NCBI RefSeq assembly: GCF_009914755.1
Contig: NC_060947.1
Source of the DNA: the human T2T-CHM13v2.0 reference genome, Homo sapiens
DNA length: 64,000 nt
Direction: 5' to 3' (one strand)
Shown: positions 44,336-59,525 of the stretch, piece after piece
How positions within the stretch are numbered: the first letter of the stretch is position 1
Layout of the letters: the number at the start of each line of letters is the position of its first letter
Notes under the pieces: model-generated
Database searches by the model: none
What the model saw: only the letters and a program-made list of their open reading frames with translations
Told to the model about the DNA's origin: nothing
Translations under genes and position numbers: made by a program

Positions 44336-45614
44336 TTAAAATTCTTCCAAAATGGCTTTGCATGTAGAGAGAAGACTTGGGCAGTGTTCATTGAAATTTT
44401 GGGGAAAGTGCTGAGAGCCAAGAAGCATTTCCAGTGCTTCGATAACTCGGTTCTGAGTTTCGCTCCTACAGATAGATGTCAGGGGGACTATGTGGGCGAA
44501 GCCAGCATACCACATTGAAGAAACACCCCCTATCTCTCCCTGGGTTTAATTTCACAGCCAGGCATTGAAGTCCATTCCCACAAATGTGCCGAGTTTTGTA
44601 ATCTCCACTTCTCATACAAACTAGAAGAACAAACCATGAAATAAGAGACAAACTCTGGCCCAAATACATGCAAATAAAGCATTCCTATTCCTCTGCTCAA
44701 AGGGATTTTGCTGAAGCACTGCAGTTCTGTCACATGGAGCCCTTGTAAGGGCACAGGAGATTAGCAGAGTTGGGGAATTTTCTCTCACCACTGGGGCCTG
44801 CTATTGTTCCCATTTATATTTTTGGCTTCAGTTGGCAGCCTCCTTTTACTATTCCTTCATCGCTTGCACCTGCTCCATCATATTTTGGCCCTGGCTTTTT
44901 GCCCTACAGGTGCTTAGGTAATGTTTACACACCCAAAGATGCAGGCCTTATCAGAACTCATGTTGCACAGTGTTAACTTGATCTGCCTCTTCTGAGCACC
45001 TGAAACTTGATTTCAGTTGCCAAAATTCACCAGTCCAATTATTTTTTAACCACAATTGAAAGAGTTACATTACCAACAATATTGCATGAAAACAGAAAAG
45101 TTACTTCAGAATAATTAAATCCACCTTTGGGAAAATGAACTATACACAGCTTTATAAATAGTTAACTTAAGCAAAAAGATTAAGGCAGGACTAGAGATGG
45201 GCTAGTTGTGACAATTCCCAAATGGACCTCAGTGGAAAGGGGTGATTTGTAAACATGAGGGCTGTTAAAATACACCTTGCAGATGTCTAACTGCAAGGAG
45301 CTGAAGTGACTGACGGCCCCAGCTGCTGCCTCTGAAATTCATCACAGCATTTGTGCCAAGGCCACCCCTCCCATGCCTTGCCCTTGCTGATGACTGAGTG
45401 TGGTGGGTACTAAGCCAGCCCATTACTGGGATACACAAGTTTCCTCTAATGGAAGATTCTGACTTCAAGACTTCCAGGCAGCTCTGCCAAACCTTCCTTT
45501 TGTCTGCTTAGCAGTCGGATTCTTTCACCAAACTTCTCTTCCTCACTTGGGGTCAGACTTGCATTGAAGTCTGATGGCAATGTAGCTTCCCCAGTTCTGT
45601 CCCCCAGTTTCTCC

Positions 45615-46145
45615 TTTTGTGGTTCCATACAAATTTTAAGATTGTTTTTTCTATTTCTGTGAAAAATGCCATTGGTATTTTGATAGGGATTGCATTGAAT
45701 CTGTAGATTGCTTTGGGTAGTATTGTCATTTTAACAATATTAATTCTTCTAATCCATGAGCGTGGTATATCTTTCCATTTATTTGTATCCTCTTCAATTT
45801 CTCTCATTGATGTTTTGTGGTTTTTCTTGTAGAGATCTTTCCCCCCCTTGGGTACATTTATTTCTAGGTATTTAAAAAAACTGTTTTGGTAGCTATTGTA
45901 AATGAGATTGCCTTCTTGATTTCTTTTTCAGCTAGTTCACTGTGTATAGAAAATGCTACCAACTTTTCTATGTTAATTTTCTATCTTATAACTTTACTGA
46001 ATTTATCAGTTCTAAGAGCTTTTTGGTACGGTCTTTAGGTTTTTCTATATATAAGATCATGTCATCTGCAAACAGGGACAATTTGACTTTCTCCTTTCCA
46101 ATTTGGATGCCTTTTATTTTTTCCTCTTGCCTAATTGCTCTAGGT
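45615..46145 (-). mobile_element. L1M/L1MA ORF2 internal fragment (RT)
   Basis: [30 protein letters not shown] and [37 protein letters not shown]. Confidence 0.93.
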
Positions 46146-48019
46146 AGGCCATCTCTCCTTTTACACAACCTGGAAATGCTGGCCACCATCCCCTGTTAAT
46201 TTCGGCATGTCTTTTGTTTCTCTTTAGACTGCATAATTTGGGGACATTCTGGGTTTTGCCTTTGTAAGTTGCAGTAAAGTCACTGAAGAGGGTTTAATTT
46301 GCAGGATATTTGAAGTAGCAATGTATAGGTTTAAAATAACGCAAAAAAGTTCCCCCAGCACAGAAGTCACTTACTCAATAATTCAGTGTCTCCCACTCAG
46401 ATATACCTACTGTCTGTTTTGCTACTTAACCACTTTATGCTCACGAGTGTGGGCTACACAAATACAGGTCATATCTCACTTCAGTTCATTGCAACTTATT
46501 TTGTTGGAACATTGCTACATCAAATATTCAATTGTATTAGTAGAAAATAGTTCAAATTCAAGACCCTGTTTACTTTTGAAAATGAATCATCTCTATGTAG
46601 GAAACTGGTATCAATATTGTCTCTACGAAGGGATATTGCGTGACTAGGGGATGGGGCAAAATGGAGGCTGACTTTTCACTTATACAACTTGGAAACTTTT
46701 GAATTTTGTACTGAGGATTTTTTTTTCAAGTTCTTAGACAACAAAATGGATTAGCTCATGACAAAAAATCAAATAATGAGAATGTAATTCTTCTTGCATT
46801 ATTTAGATGTTTGGCTTTACCTAGCTGATTTCATTCTATGCTTGACCTGCTGGAATCAAAGCTGGATGGTGACAATCCTGATGAACTCTGCCGCTAACTC
46901 GACTTACCAACCACCATTTCTCTGCCTTAATGCCTTTCTTTTTGTGATAATGTAGAATTGAATTCTCACTTTCTGCCTCCACTCATTTGTTTCTGGGAAA
47001 AGGAATTAATTTAACTACTTTTATCCCCAGTGATTGTTAGCTTTCAGTTAGACAGCAAAGTCTTTAGAAAGCCCACATATATGTATATGCACAAAAGTAC
47101 CTGAAGAGAAATGAACTACTTGTAACATTACAATGCTCTTCCCATTTAAAAAGTAAAATATTCCTAGATGTCTTTAAAAGCTGATGGCTTCTTAAGAAGA
47201 GAAAACAGAGAGAAGTACATTTCTAAACCAACATGTGGAAAGCATTATAGACCAAAGGGTGAAAAAGTCCTGAATGACATCCAGGATATCACCCTGGTTA
47301 TGATTATAAACACTTAGGAAATAAGAGACTAAATTACCTATGTCTAAATGCAGCAATATGAAGCTCTCAGCTTTTGGACAGAAGTGAGCAAATATATTTT
47401 TTTCATTCCAAAGCCAGTAATTTATATTTAGCATATTTCCAAGCTGAAACTAACATTCTCATCACATTTATTCATGAAAATGACAAACAATCAATTTCCT
47501 GGTGAATGAGAAGACCTCCCAGCATTCAATGAAAACTAAAGTACAAAAGAGGGAAAATGTCACTCAGCAAAGCATATATGTTGCTTTTTTCTTTATAAAC
47601 TGACAACCAAAGTGGCATGAAAAATGAGTGTCTCCAGTTGCCTAAGCTTGACTTCATCTCTAGGGCTCCTAACGGTAGGTCCACAGGTATGGCAAATGTA
47701 AGGGCCACTGAGCACAGCATCTAACTTTCCATACTGTGGCAGAGCAAGCTCTGTGGGGAGAGAATGGAGACAGTCTAGAGTAATAATCCTAGACTTCGGA
47801 ACTAGCACATAGGGGGCAGTGCCTGTGAAGTTGCCAGTTCATGGTAGTGTGATGGAACTGCTGCTGGCAGAACCCAGGGCTTAGCAGAGAGTAAAAATCA
47901 GCAGCTTTCTGGGAGTTACAAACTGAATTTACAACTGGCCCTGGTAAAATGAGTCACCTTTCCCAAACTACAGTTCCTCATCTTTATTATCAGTGCTGCT
48001 TTTGCATTTCTCAGAGCAT

Positions 48020-48160
48020 CTACAGTTCTGTTTCTCTCTCAATTCTCCATTCTCTTTCACAATTTCCAGTCCCTCACACAATTCCTTGTCTCTCCCACAA
48101 TTCTTTGCCTCTCCAACAATTTCCCATCTCTCCCACAATTCTCTTTTCTCTCACAGTTCT
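48020..48160 (+). repeat. Degenerate 19-bp minisatellite, left part
   Basis: Units such as cacaattccttgtctctcc, cacaattctttgcctctcc and aacaatttcccatctctcc. Confidence 0.85.
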
Positions 48161-48161
48161 A

Positions 48162-49239
48162 CAATAGTCCTTCCTTATCCATGGTTTTGCTTTCCAAGGT
48201 TTAGTTACATGCAGTCAACCACAGTCCAAAAATATTAAATGGAAAATTCCGGAAATAAACACTTCATAGGTTTTAAGTTCTGTACTGTTCTGAGTAGCAT
48301 GATAAAATCTCATACCTTAGGAGGCATCTCTGAGATCAGAAATCAGAGATTAGGTTGACTGTAGTGATATCACAGTGCTCATATTCAAGTAACCCTTAAT
48401 TTCCTTAATGCCCCAAAGCACAAGAGTAGTGATGGTAACAATTTGAATATGTCAAAGAGAAGCTGTAAAATGCTTCTTTTAAGTGAAAAGATGAGGATCT
48501 CCAATTAATAAGAAAAGAAAAAAACTTGTATTTTGAGGTTGCTAACATCTATGGTAAAAATGAATTTTCTATCTGTGAAATTGTGAAGAAGGAAAAGGAG
48601 ATTTATGCTAGCATGCAGAACCAGCAACGAGGTCAATACTGAAATTTGCTGAAGTGTTTCGAAGTGCACATACATTAACGGACAAAATTATGGAATACTA
48701 TCCTTGGATGGAACGCAGCATTAAAAGCACTCGTATGACCATGGAAGGACTATCTATCTACTATCTCTGCAGCAACATCTTGATGAGCTAAAGAGAAAGA
48801 GACAACAACCTCCAATTACAATGTTCTCCAAAAGGTTTTGGCAAACAAACAAACAAACAAACAAACAAACAAAACCGTCAACCATCAAGGATCCCCAACC
48901 ATCAACTTCTCCTGGCATCCAACCATCAACATCATCATGGCTCGATGATCCAGGATCACCTGAAGCAGACCATCCTCCTTCTGGCGTGTCACTTGAAGGT
49001 CAGTGGTAGCCTAACACTACATCACAATGCTTACGTCATTCACCTCACTTCATCTAGTCACAGTGTCATCTCACAGCATCATAAGAAGAAAGGTGAATAT
49101 AGTACCATAAGATATTTTGAGAGAGAGACCACATTCACTTAATTTTTATTTTAATTTATAAATTAAACATAGTATACGTAGAATTCGCTACTCTTCACAG
49201 TTTTAGGCATCCACTGGGATTTGGTAGTGGGGAATACTG
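48162..49239 (+). mobile_element. Tigger7/MER44-family DNA transposon (internally deleted)
   Basis: TA|CAATAGTCCTTCCTTATCC ... GGGGAATACTG|TA. Remnant transposase N-terminus near 48408. Internal (AAAC)n at 48843-48873. Confidence 0.88.
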
Positions 49240-49241
49240 TA

Positions 49242-49555
49242 CTTTCTTTTCCCCAATTCTCTGTTTCTCCCACAATCCCTTACTTTTCTCACAATTCACC
49301 ATTCTTTCCCACAGTTCCTTGCCTTTCCTATAATTTCTATTACCTCCCATAGTTCTCTGTTTCTTTCAAAATTCCCTATTTCTCCCATAATTCCATGTGG
49401 CTCTCACAATTCCCCATTCTCTCTGACAATTCCTTGCCTTTCCTATAATTCACCATTTACTCCATAATTCCACAATTCTCTGTTCTATCCCACAGTTCTC
49501 TGTTCTATCCCACAATTCTCTGTATTCTCTGTTCTTCCTCACAATTCCTCCTTTC
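49242..49555 (+). repeat. Degenerate 19-20-bp minisatellite, right part
   Basis: About 15 units of ca(c/t)aattc-pyrimidine-rich-tcc. Confidence 0.88.
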
Positions 49556-50692
49556 CCTGGACTGTAATTCTAAGAGTGAACAGGACACTTTGATGTGGTC
49601 TTCTTAGAACCATTATAGTGTCTTAGACTTCCAGGTGAAATGGTCTGTCCTGTGTTTCTCCATAAGTAAATGCAGAAAAAATTCCTCAACTTACAACTCT
49701 AACCTCAAAATAGTATCGCTACAACAAATAAAATGTGGGCTACTGTCAAAACCAATACTTTATTTAAAACAGCAGTCCTGTCTCAGCCAGTGCCAAACTT
49801 TCTAAAAAACCTTTTAAACCCCCTCAAGTCTAGAAATATAACCTTGCCACTGTTTCTCTCCAAATTATTTTTTTTTCTGGTAATTTAAACCCCAATGACT
49901 CCTATGAACTGCTTTCAGCTGCCTAACTGATTGATTTTGAAAGTCAACATTCATAATACCAGAGGCTGACATTTGCAAAACCTGTAACTGTATTTTTTAT
50001 GTAATACATAACTCATTGTAACACTGAGTCATTTTAATATAACTTTCCTTTTTCTTTTACACTAAGGACTGAATGTTTACTAAAATGACAGTCATTTATG
50101 CTGAATGTACAGTGGGAAAGGCATTTTGACAAGAAATAAAACATTGCCTATGATTCTGATGAGGCCCTAACACTCAAAATGTTTAACTCCCAGTTAAATG
50201 TTTGAAATTCTCATGTTGGATCAACTACTGTGCTCTGTCTTTGAGGGCTTTCCACAGACAAATGTTAAATGGTTTTGGTATTTTCCATAGCTTCTTCTTT
50301 CTCCAAAAACGCAGACCAAGTGGCTTGTTTATTCAGTCATTTGAATTTCTATAATATTTTCATGTTCTGGTTCAAGTTGGAAAAAAATGTGTACATTTGG
50401 AATGGCCTCATTAAACTTTTGGAAATATATTACTTAAGTTTTCAATTTAATTTTTTAAATTTAAAATTCCACCCAACATTGGCTAATTTGGTCCCATAAT
50501 TTAACATCCAAGGGGAGTTTAGGTCTCTACCAGCTCTTCCTCCAAGAAAGGGAAACTCATCATCATTGAGGACAAAATAGAGTTTTCAGATTACACATCA
50601 AGCCTGGTCTGCTAGGGTATGGGAGTGTGTAATAGGAGAAATAAAAAGTGGATAAATATGAGTGGGTGGGGCAACTGCTCTTCTGTCTATAG

Positions 50693-51369
<677 letters not shown>

Positions 51370-52249
51370 CTCCATTTCAATCACTCTTTTTTCTCTTTTA
51401 ACACCTGTGGCCAGAGCCCTGAGATGTCTCCTTCTCAGAAGATACAAAAAGTATGTTTCTCTGGGAGGTTAAATTGTGTAGGTCTGCATTAGTATAGGTC
51501 TTAAGCAGAAAGAGTTCTTGAGGATTACATATAGCTTAGGCCAGAGTAGGAGCTAACCCTAGCCAGTGATGAAGAGATAAAGTAGGTATTTGTCTCAGAT
51601 GCTTTGAATACCCCATTTCTCTCCAGGGAATTACCAGGGTGAGGGGTAGGGGTGGGGGCAGGCAGTCATGGAAGATACAGGTTTGGACATTTGGAGATCT
51701 TGTTGTCTGTTTAGGCACAACAAGTAGCCTAGCTGAGCCCATAAGTGATAAACAGAAGCTCTCTGGAATAATGTACATCTTCAGAGGGCCAGGGCTGCCC
51801 AGAATTCTCCTTCAGTATTGTGGCACTAGGCAATATGTGTTCTGGAATATGTGGCAGGCATGGTGAGACTATAGGATGCTGTGGTTAGCCTATTGGGAAA
51901 TATGTACATATGTTTCTATAGGTCAGATATCTCCAGATTCTCCAGCTTTCAGGGACAACTCTTTCCTTTCCAAGTCACCAAGGAGCAAGCCCCTGATCCC
52001 CTTGAGTGGCAAGGAGTCTTACCAAATCCCCTTCCCAGTGAATTAGAATTATGGAAGTTGTGAAGGAGATGTGCTTGTTCCCCCAGTCTGTCCCGGTTGT
52101 TGCTTGTCTCTTTCACTTGACAAGCACAGCTTCAGGTTCTCTGCTCAGCTATCACTTCTTGCCTTTTGACTTTCCCATCCTCCATGAAGCTGCTGCCCTT
52201 CTCACACCTCTGTCCCCACCATAGATGAGGCTTTGGCCCCGTCCCATTC

Positions 52250-52717
52250 TGTAGCAGATGCTGACAGTGCTTCAGCCACTTGCCCTTGGTGCCCATTGCA
52301 TTTCAGAGCACAGTACCTCCCAGCATGCATTCACTCTCAATAGCCAGCAACACACTGATGCCCATTTGTAGGTGGAACAGCCTCCAGCTGCCTGACCCCA
52401 CTTCACCTACACATGGGAATTTATGTATTTGCCAAAAACAGCTATCAACTCAAGACTGATGAGTAAGGAGGTATAAATACCCCAGCTCCCTTGCACCTTG
52501 ACTGGAACAACTCTGAGTCACAACCTTCGCTATCTCCTGAGCTCTCCTGTGGGACTGGGCCACAGAACTCTCTGTAGTACTTTGCCCAACATTACATATT
52601 TGCCTATGCACCTTCCTTTCCTGGTCCTTCCCACCTCCCTTCTGACTTTCCCTGGTAACACCTCCCAGTAAATCTCTTTTCTTAGGGGCTACTTATGGGG
52701 ACACAACCTTAGTTATA
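52250..52717 (+). mobile_element. LTR16A-like ERVL LTR
   Basis: tgtagcagatgctg start, ggtataaataccccagctcccttgc...aactctgag. Confidence 0.65.
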
Positions 52718-52764
52718 CCCTCCTAAAGTACAACTCCCTTTGGAATCAGACAAGACAAGACAAG

Positions 52765-53075
52765 GGGTAGTTGGGAAGATGTTCAAGAATACAAAATTTC
52801 AGTTAGACAGGAGGAATAAGTTCAAGAGATATATTGTACAACATGGCAATTATAGTTAATAACAATGTGTTATACATTTGAAAATTACTAAGAGTAGATT
52901 TTAAGTGTTCTTACCACAAAAATGATAAGTATGTGAGGGGATGGATATGTTAATTAGCTTTATTTAGTCATTCCACAATGTATGCATATTTCCAAACATC
53001 ATGTTGTATACCATAAATATATATTATTTTAACTTGTCAGTTAAATAAATAAATGAATAATTTAAAAATTTTTTA
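52765..53075 (+). mobile_element. L1MA8-like 3' end
   Basis: tacaaaatttcagttagacaggaggaataagttcaagaga...catcatgttgtataccataaatatata. Confidence 0.88.
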
Positions 53076-55004
53076 AAGATAAGAGAAGGAGTGGAAGAGC
53101 TGTTTGGATATTAAGTAGAAATGGTCCTCACTTAAACATTTGTTCTCTCCCATTTTTCTTGAAAACTTCTGCCAAGTTTTCGGTAGATTTTATCTCTCAT
53201 TTTACTAGTTTAGGGAACAAACTGGATACAAAGAAATATTTCTCCTCTATAAGAAAAAGAGTGGTTCAGACTCATTAATAAATGACAACTGCCCTCAGCC
53301 TGAGTGTTGGGGAGATGACAGAGCCCATGGTGAGGGTGGAGATAGGGCAAACGTGTCCAGTCTAGGGACATAGGCTGTATTATTCAGCCCCCATCAAATG
53401 GCACCATGGCAGAGTTCAGGTTTCACGTTGCCATATTTTCTGATTTTGAAAGAGAAGCCAGAGGAACAGGTTTGGAGGGAAATTTTACCAATTTTCTAAC
53501 ATTGTTTTAAACATGTGTTTTGAGAACTGTGATAGCCAAATAAGCCACAGCCACATGCTACACTGTGCAGCTCACCATATTGAACAAAGCTCTGCTCAGT
53601 ATTTAACAAAGCTTGACTGAAAGCTTGTACATCACTGAAGGAAATGATAAAACAGAAAGTAAAAATTTTAAATTGATGACTAGATGGGGCTGCTTCTGGA
53701 GTCTATGGTATCTTCCTCAGGCTGGTCTTCCTCTTTTGCCTCAGTCTGCCTCAATGGTAGAGGAATTAGCTTGCCTCTACAATGGCCTATGGCCATCCTC
53801 CATCCAGGGGCTAGGCTCTCCAACCTTCTCAGGAGCCCTTGGGAGGGATCCTCATTCCCAATCAGCTGTAGGCTTCCCTGTCAACATAGCTGTGTTCTTC
53901 AGGGAGGCCGCTTGGCTCCTGTGAAGACAGCCAGGTAGACACTGCACAGAACAGACTAGCTCCCCCAAGAACCAAACTTCTTCCTTTTAAAAAGGAATGC
54001 AAATAACCTATGTAAGTGGCTTTACCCAGAGTAATAGACTTGGGATACATTTTCTTTCCTCTTAAATACATAGGCATTATTGTTATTATTTTAAAGGCCT
54101 TATCTGCTAGAAGATAATACAGAAGTATCTACTGGTGAAAGTATACAAATGCATTAGATTTGCTTTAAATTCTCCAGCAAAATAGAAGAGGAATGTTAAT
54201 GTCAGAATGACAGTCATAGTTGAAGCTGGCTAATGGGTTCATGAGGCCTCATTATACTGCTCTACATTTGCAAATGTTTAAAACTTTCCAAAATAAAAAT
54301 TAAAAATATAAACCTGGTCTTGCTTTGAGCTATCAAGTTTTCAGAAACAGAGCAGTCCTCTCTCAAAGTTCCTTTTCAAATGTTCCTTATATAACACTTT
54401 CTATTCGCTATGCCACAGTCCAAGTGCAGGCAGATCGGGGACCTGGTGCCAGCTACTCCAGGACTTATACAAGAGAGAGCTTTTCTGGTTTTTTTCAGGA
54501 CTCCTTAAAAAATAGCCCAGGTTCTTCAAACCCAGAGCATCTCTGACACGAGGGCTGCATGCTTTGAATTATACCATCCAGATCAGTCCAAGGAGATCTT
54601 TTTACAAAAGGTTTATATCTCCAAGAGACCTCAAGACACTCGCTGGGAATCCTGGAAATTCCTTGGCACTGCAGCAGGGTTTCCAGCTCTGCCTGCCATA
54701 TTTAGAGCACTAGCATTGAGATCCCTAGAGGAGGGGTTGTCCTCTTTAAATACCATTGCACCTGTTCACAGATGGTGTCTGTCCTTTGGAGATGAGAGGA
54801 AGAAGGTACAGAGAGAAATGCAGAGGTAAGCCATGGAACTGTAATCTATTTAGATTAAAAAAAATAACTCTATAAGGAGGAAATTAACAACACAAGTTAC
54901 ACTCGATGACAAATTGGTAGTAGGAATGTCTTCCCTCCTGACCATAAACATACTTTTCTCTATGATAACCTGAAAACTAACATAATTTGTATTCATCGGG
55001 CTGA

Positions 55005-55170
55005 CAGGGTTTGATCCTGATTTCCTTGCTTACCAGCAAAGTGACTTGGGCAAGTTTCTGGATCTCTCTAGACTTCCGTTTCCTGATGGGGGAATGGGGA
55101 TGATAATAGTTCCTATGTCATAGGCTGATATGATGACTAAATGCAAAAGTGTGTGCCAAGGGCTTGGGTG
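55005..55170 (+). mobile_element. MIR
   Basis: gtgacttgggcaagtttctggatctctctagacttccgtttcctgatg...gggatgataatagttcctatgtcatagg. Confidence 0.8.
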
Positions 55171-55497
55171 AGGAAAGTCACTTGAACTTCCAGCGGACAG
55201 GATGTACACATCTATAGATAAAAGTGATTTTGCATTGCTATAGTCACCTATAACTTGAAGAGTTGTAAAATAGTTCAAAGGCAATGAGAGGCTAGAGTCA
55301 GAAAACCAAGAAGAGTGTGATCTAAACAATGCATTGCTTTTCATTGAAACACAAATGTTTCCCTACATCACCATATGATAAACATTTTTTGACTGAATTT
55401 TCTCATTGGCATGTTTGTGAGTGTTGCAGATCTTACGTAGCTTCAGAATAAGGCCTTATTATAGAACACAAGAGGCAAAACAGGACATGTCTTTTTA

Positions 55498-55838
<341 letters not shown>

Positions 55839-56880
55839 ATAATTCATCATTTCTCATGCCCATAACCTTACTAATAAGAATGGAAACCAGAGTTCTCAGT
55901 TTTAGAAGAAATTTGAGTTGGACAGAAAGGGAAAGGCACCAGAAGGGAATCATGGCATAATACCATGGATGGCAGGCTTTGACCCACCTCTTTTAAAAGT
56001 GGTGCCTGTGATCTATTTTTACCTACACTCAAATGAGAATACAAACTTTCTAAATGTCTTATATCCTAAAATTATTCTCATTAACCCTCTGAGATGAGTG
56101 AAGAAATACAACATCAAATGATTCACCTTTACCAAGAATTAGTAGCAGTTTTAGATAAATCACTTGGTTTGTGAGTCCTAGAAGTCCAGCTATATTTGAT
56201 CTCATAAATCTATGCCTGGGACTCTCATTACAGGAAAATGGATCATGCAAAATTCAGGGTGATGAGATCAGACCTGGGCTACACTTCAATAGTATTGTTG
56301 ACATCTAGGTGACACCCATGGCAGGTTTAGGTGAGGTCTTTAGTTCAATTCATTAAGAATGATAGGGAACAGGAGATTCTTAACTTAGCTCTTTCAAACT
56401 GGAAGTAAAATTAAACAATACAGAGCAACTACTGTAAAGACATCATTTTTTTTCCCTCTTTTAAGGAGTAGGATATCCTATGCTGCTTTATCACCAAAGT
56501 TCACACTTGTATTATTTTTTCACATTTCCTGATGTTGAATGATCCCTTGAGCATTTGGGACTTAGTAACATGAGGGGACCTCAAAAAGTTCCTGGAAATA
56601 CTGAATTAAAAGATAAAAATAAAAATAGAAACTTCATTTCTCAACGTAAACTCCATCAAGTTCAAGACACTTTTGTAATTGATGATACCAGCAGTTTAGT
56701 TCATCCCTAAAGAATTGAGGGTCTTGGGAATTTAAGCATATCAATGCAGTCTTTTTACATGATTAACTGAGGAAAAATGGGCACCCTTTAAAGATTGTTT
56801 AAAATTGGGAAACAAAAAGAAGTCAGAAGGAGAGAGTCAGGACTATAAGGTGGACAGCTAATGATTTCCCATCAAAACTC

Positions 56881-57114
56881 TTACAAAATTGCCCTTGTTT
56901 GATGAAAAGAATGAGAAGGAGCATTGTTGTGGTGGAGAAGGACTCTCTGGTAAAGCTTCCCCAGGAATTTTTCTGCTAAAGCTTTGCCTAAGTTCCTCAA
57001 AACACTCCCATAATAAGCAGATGCTATCGTTTCTTGGCCCTCCAAAAAGTCAAGTAAAATGCCTTGAGCATTCCCAAAAACTGTTGCTATAATCTTTGTT
57101 CTTGACCCATCCAC
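56881..57114 (-). pseudogene. Hsmar2 transposase remnant (catalytic region)
   Basis: KIIATVFGNAQGILLDFLEGQETIASAYY...RVLLHHNNAPSH. The mariner HDNA motif reads HNNA. Confidence 0.85.
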
Positions 57115-57639
57115 TTTTGCTTTAACTGGACCACTTCCACCTCTTGGTAGCCATTGCTTTGATTGTGCTTTGTCTTTGGCATGGCAGTGGGAAAGTCATG
57201 TTTCATTTTCCATTACAATTCTTTGAAGAAAATTTCAGGATCTTGATCCCATTTGTTTAAAATTTCCTTTGAAAGCTCTGCTCTTGTCTGCAGTTGATGT
57301 GGGTGCAATGATTTTGGCACCCACTGAGTGTAAAGTTTACTCAACTTTAATTTTTTAGTCAAAATTGTGTCAGCTGAACCAATTGAGATGTCTATGTTGT
57401 TAGCTATTGCTTCTGCTGTTAATCGTCGGTCCTCTTCAATTAGGGCATGAACAAGGTGAATTTTTTCCTCACAAATTGATGTGGATGATCTTCAGCTGCA
57501 GGCTTCATCTTCAACGTCACCTCGTTCCTTCTTAAAACAAATTGTTCACTTGTAAACTGCTGATTTCTTTGGGGCATTGTCCCCATAAACTTTTCATTAA
57601 ACATCAATGATTTCACCATTCTTCCACCCAAGCTTAACC

Positions 57640-57863
57640 TTTTTTTTTTTTTTTTTTTTTTTGGAGACAGGGTTTCACTCTGTCACCCAGGCTGGAGTGC
57701 AGTGGAGCAATCAGAGCAATCTCAGCTCACTGCAGCCTCGATCATACAGGCTCAGGTGATCCTCCCACCTTAGCCTCCCTGGGACCACAAGTGCCTGCCA
57801 CCACACCCAGCTAATTTTTTGTATTTTTTATAAAGACAGGATTTTGCCACATTGCCCAGGCTG
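57640..57863 (-). mobile_element. 5'-truncated Alu (J-like) in Hsmar2
   Basis: Poly(T), then reverse right arm, linker and part of the left arm. Confidence 0.92.
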
Positions 57864-57993
57864 AGCACCATAAATTTGATGTTTGTTCTTGCTTTAATTT
57901 TAGACTCTTTTCAAACTGATGTCTTATCCTTCTTAGTGCCTCAAACGCGATCCTGTTCAGGCATGTTATAACAAGTGAAAAAGTTTATTTTGG

Positions 57994-58296
<303 letters not shown>

Positions 58297-58653
58297 AAAG
58301 TTTATTTTTGTTAAAAAAATGGAAATCCATGCATACTTTTTTCATAATATACATTTTCCATGAACTAATATGAGACCCCTCATATTAGGCTTTGGGCAGC
58401 TGTTTTGCATGAGCTCCAGTGTCACATTTGCAAAACACACATGTAAATTAATACCCCTATCCATTTATCCAAAAGAATCCAAGTGAATGTTTTGCTACTT
58501 AAAAAATCTTTGTAAAAATGTTTCTATGAAAAATACTTTAGAAGGCAGTTGTGGTTTAAATAAATATTGTGTAAAACCAAACATGGACCAACAACTTTAC
58601 TAAAACCTTCAATCCTTTTCCTGTTATTATAAAGCCAAATTAAGAAAAAGGTC

Positions 58654-58814
58654 TATATATGTAACAAAATGTTCAGCTTATTTAAAAATAACTCTCTACA
58701 ATTAAAGTTATCAATTATATTACTTATATATTTATGTATATATGCAACAAAATGTTCAGCTTATTTTAAAAAATCTGTCTACAAATTATCAATTATATTA
58801 CTTATATATTTGTG
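58654..58814 (+). repeat. Two-copy ~80-bp tandem duplication
   Basis: tatatatg(t/c)aacaaaatgttcagcttattt...ttatcaattatattacttatatattt occurs at 58654 and again at 58737. Confidence 0.9.
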
Positions 58815-59496
58815 TACCTGTTTGTCTATCTTTCCTCATTATGAGGAAGCTCTCTTAGAGCAGTTTTCTCTTGTCCCCTTCTCTGTCCCACAGTGACCAG
58901 CACATGGTAGGCACTAGGTAAACCTTTGTTGAATGAAAGAACAAGAAAAATCAACCTTTAGCTGTAAACTTTAAGCACAAATATTTCCATCAGAGCTGTG
59001 TTGTATTATTAATTCCTGAATATATACACTCATCTAAAATGGTTTGCGATGTTACTGGAACTCAGTAGCAAATACGGGATATTTTATTTTCATAATCTGA
59101 AGACCATTTAACATCAACAAAATACTATTAAGTTTTCTTTTTCTGTTTGGCAAAGATAACTATATCTAGGAAATATGTAATTATTAACATATTGTGTTTT
59201 TACAATAAGCTCCCAGTTACATAAATTCTTGTCCCTGGCATCCAAGCAGTAAAATGCATTTGACAAAAGCAGGAAATACTAGAGTTTACATACATCAGAA
59301 ATCTGTTATTTAGGGAACTTATGGTGTATTTTGTTGAACTGAAAACAAAATTTAAAAGATGCGATTTTTTTGTTTTTTCATTTTCACACCATACAAATTT
59401 CATACCACACCCAAAAACATCACGTTTACAAGATCAGTAAAATGGAAGGTGTGGGGCCAAACAATGAGCTAGGATTCAACTGCTGGGGACTTTTTG

Positions 59497-59525
59497 GTGT
59501 GTGTGTGTGTGTGTGTGTGTGTGTG
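59497..59525. repeat. (GT)14 microsatellite
   Basis: Perfect dinucleotide run. Confidence 0.97.

Noticed and set aside
48020-49555. CRISPR-like repeat-spacer appearance
   Set aside because: The conserved core is only ~8 bp, the spacers are mutually similar pyrimidine tracts, there are no cas genes, and the DNA is primate.
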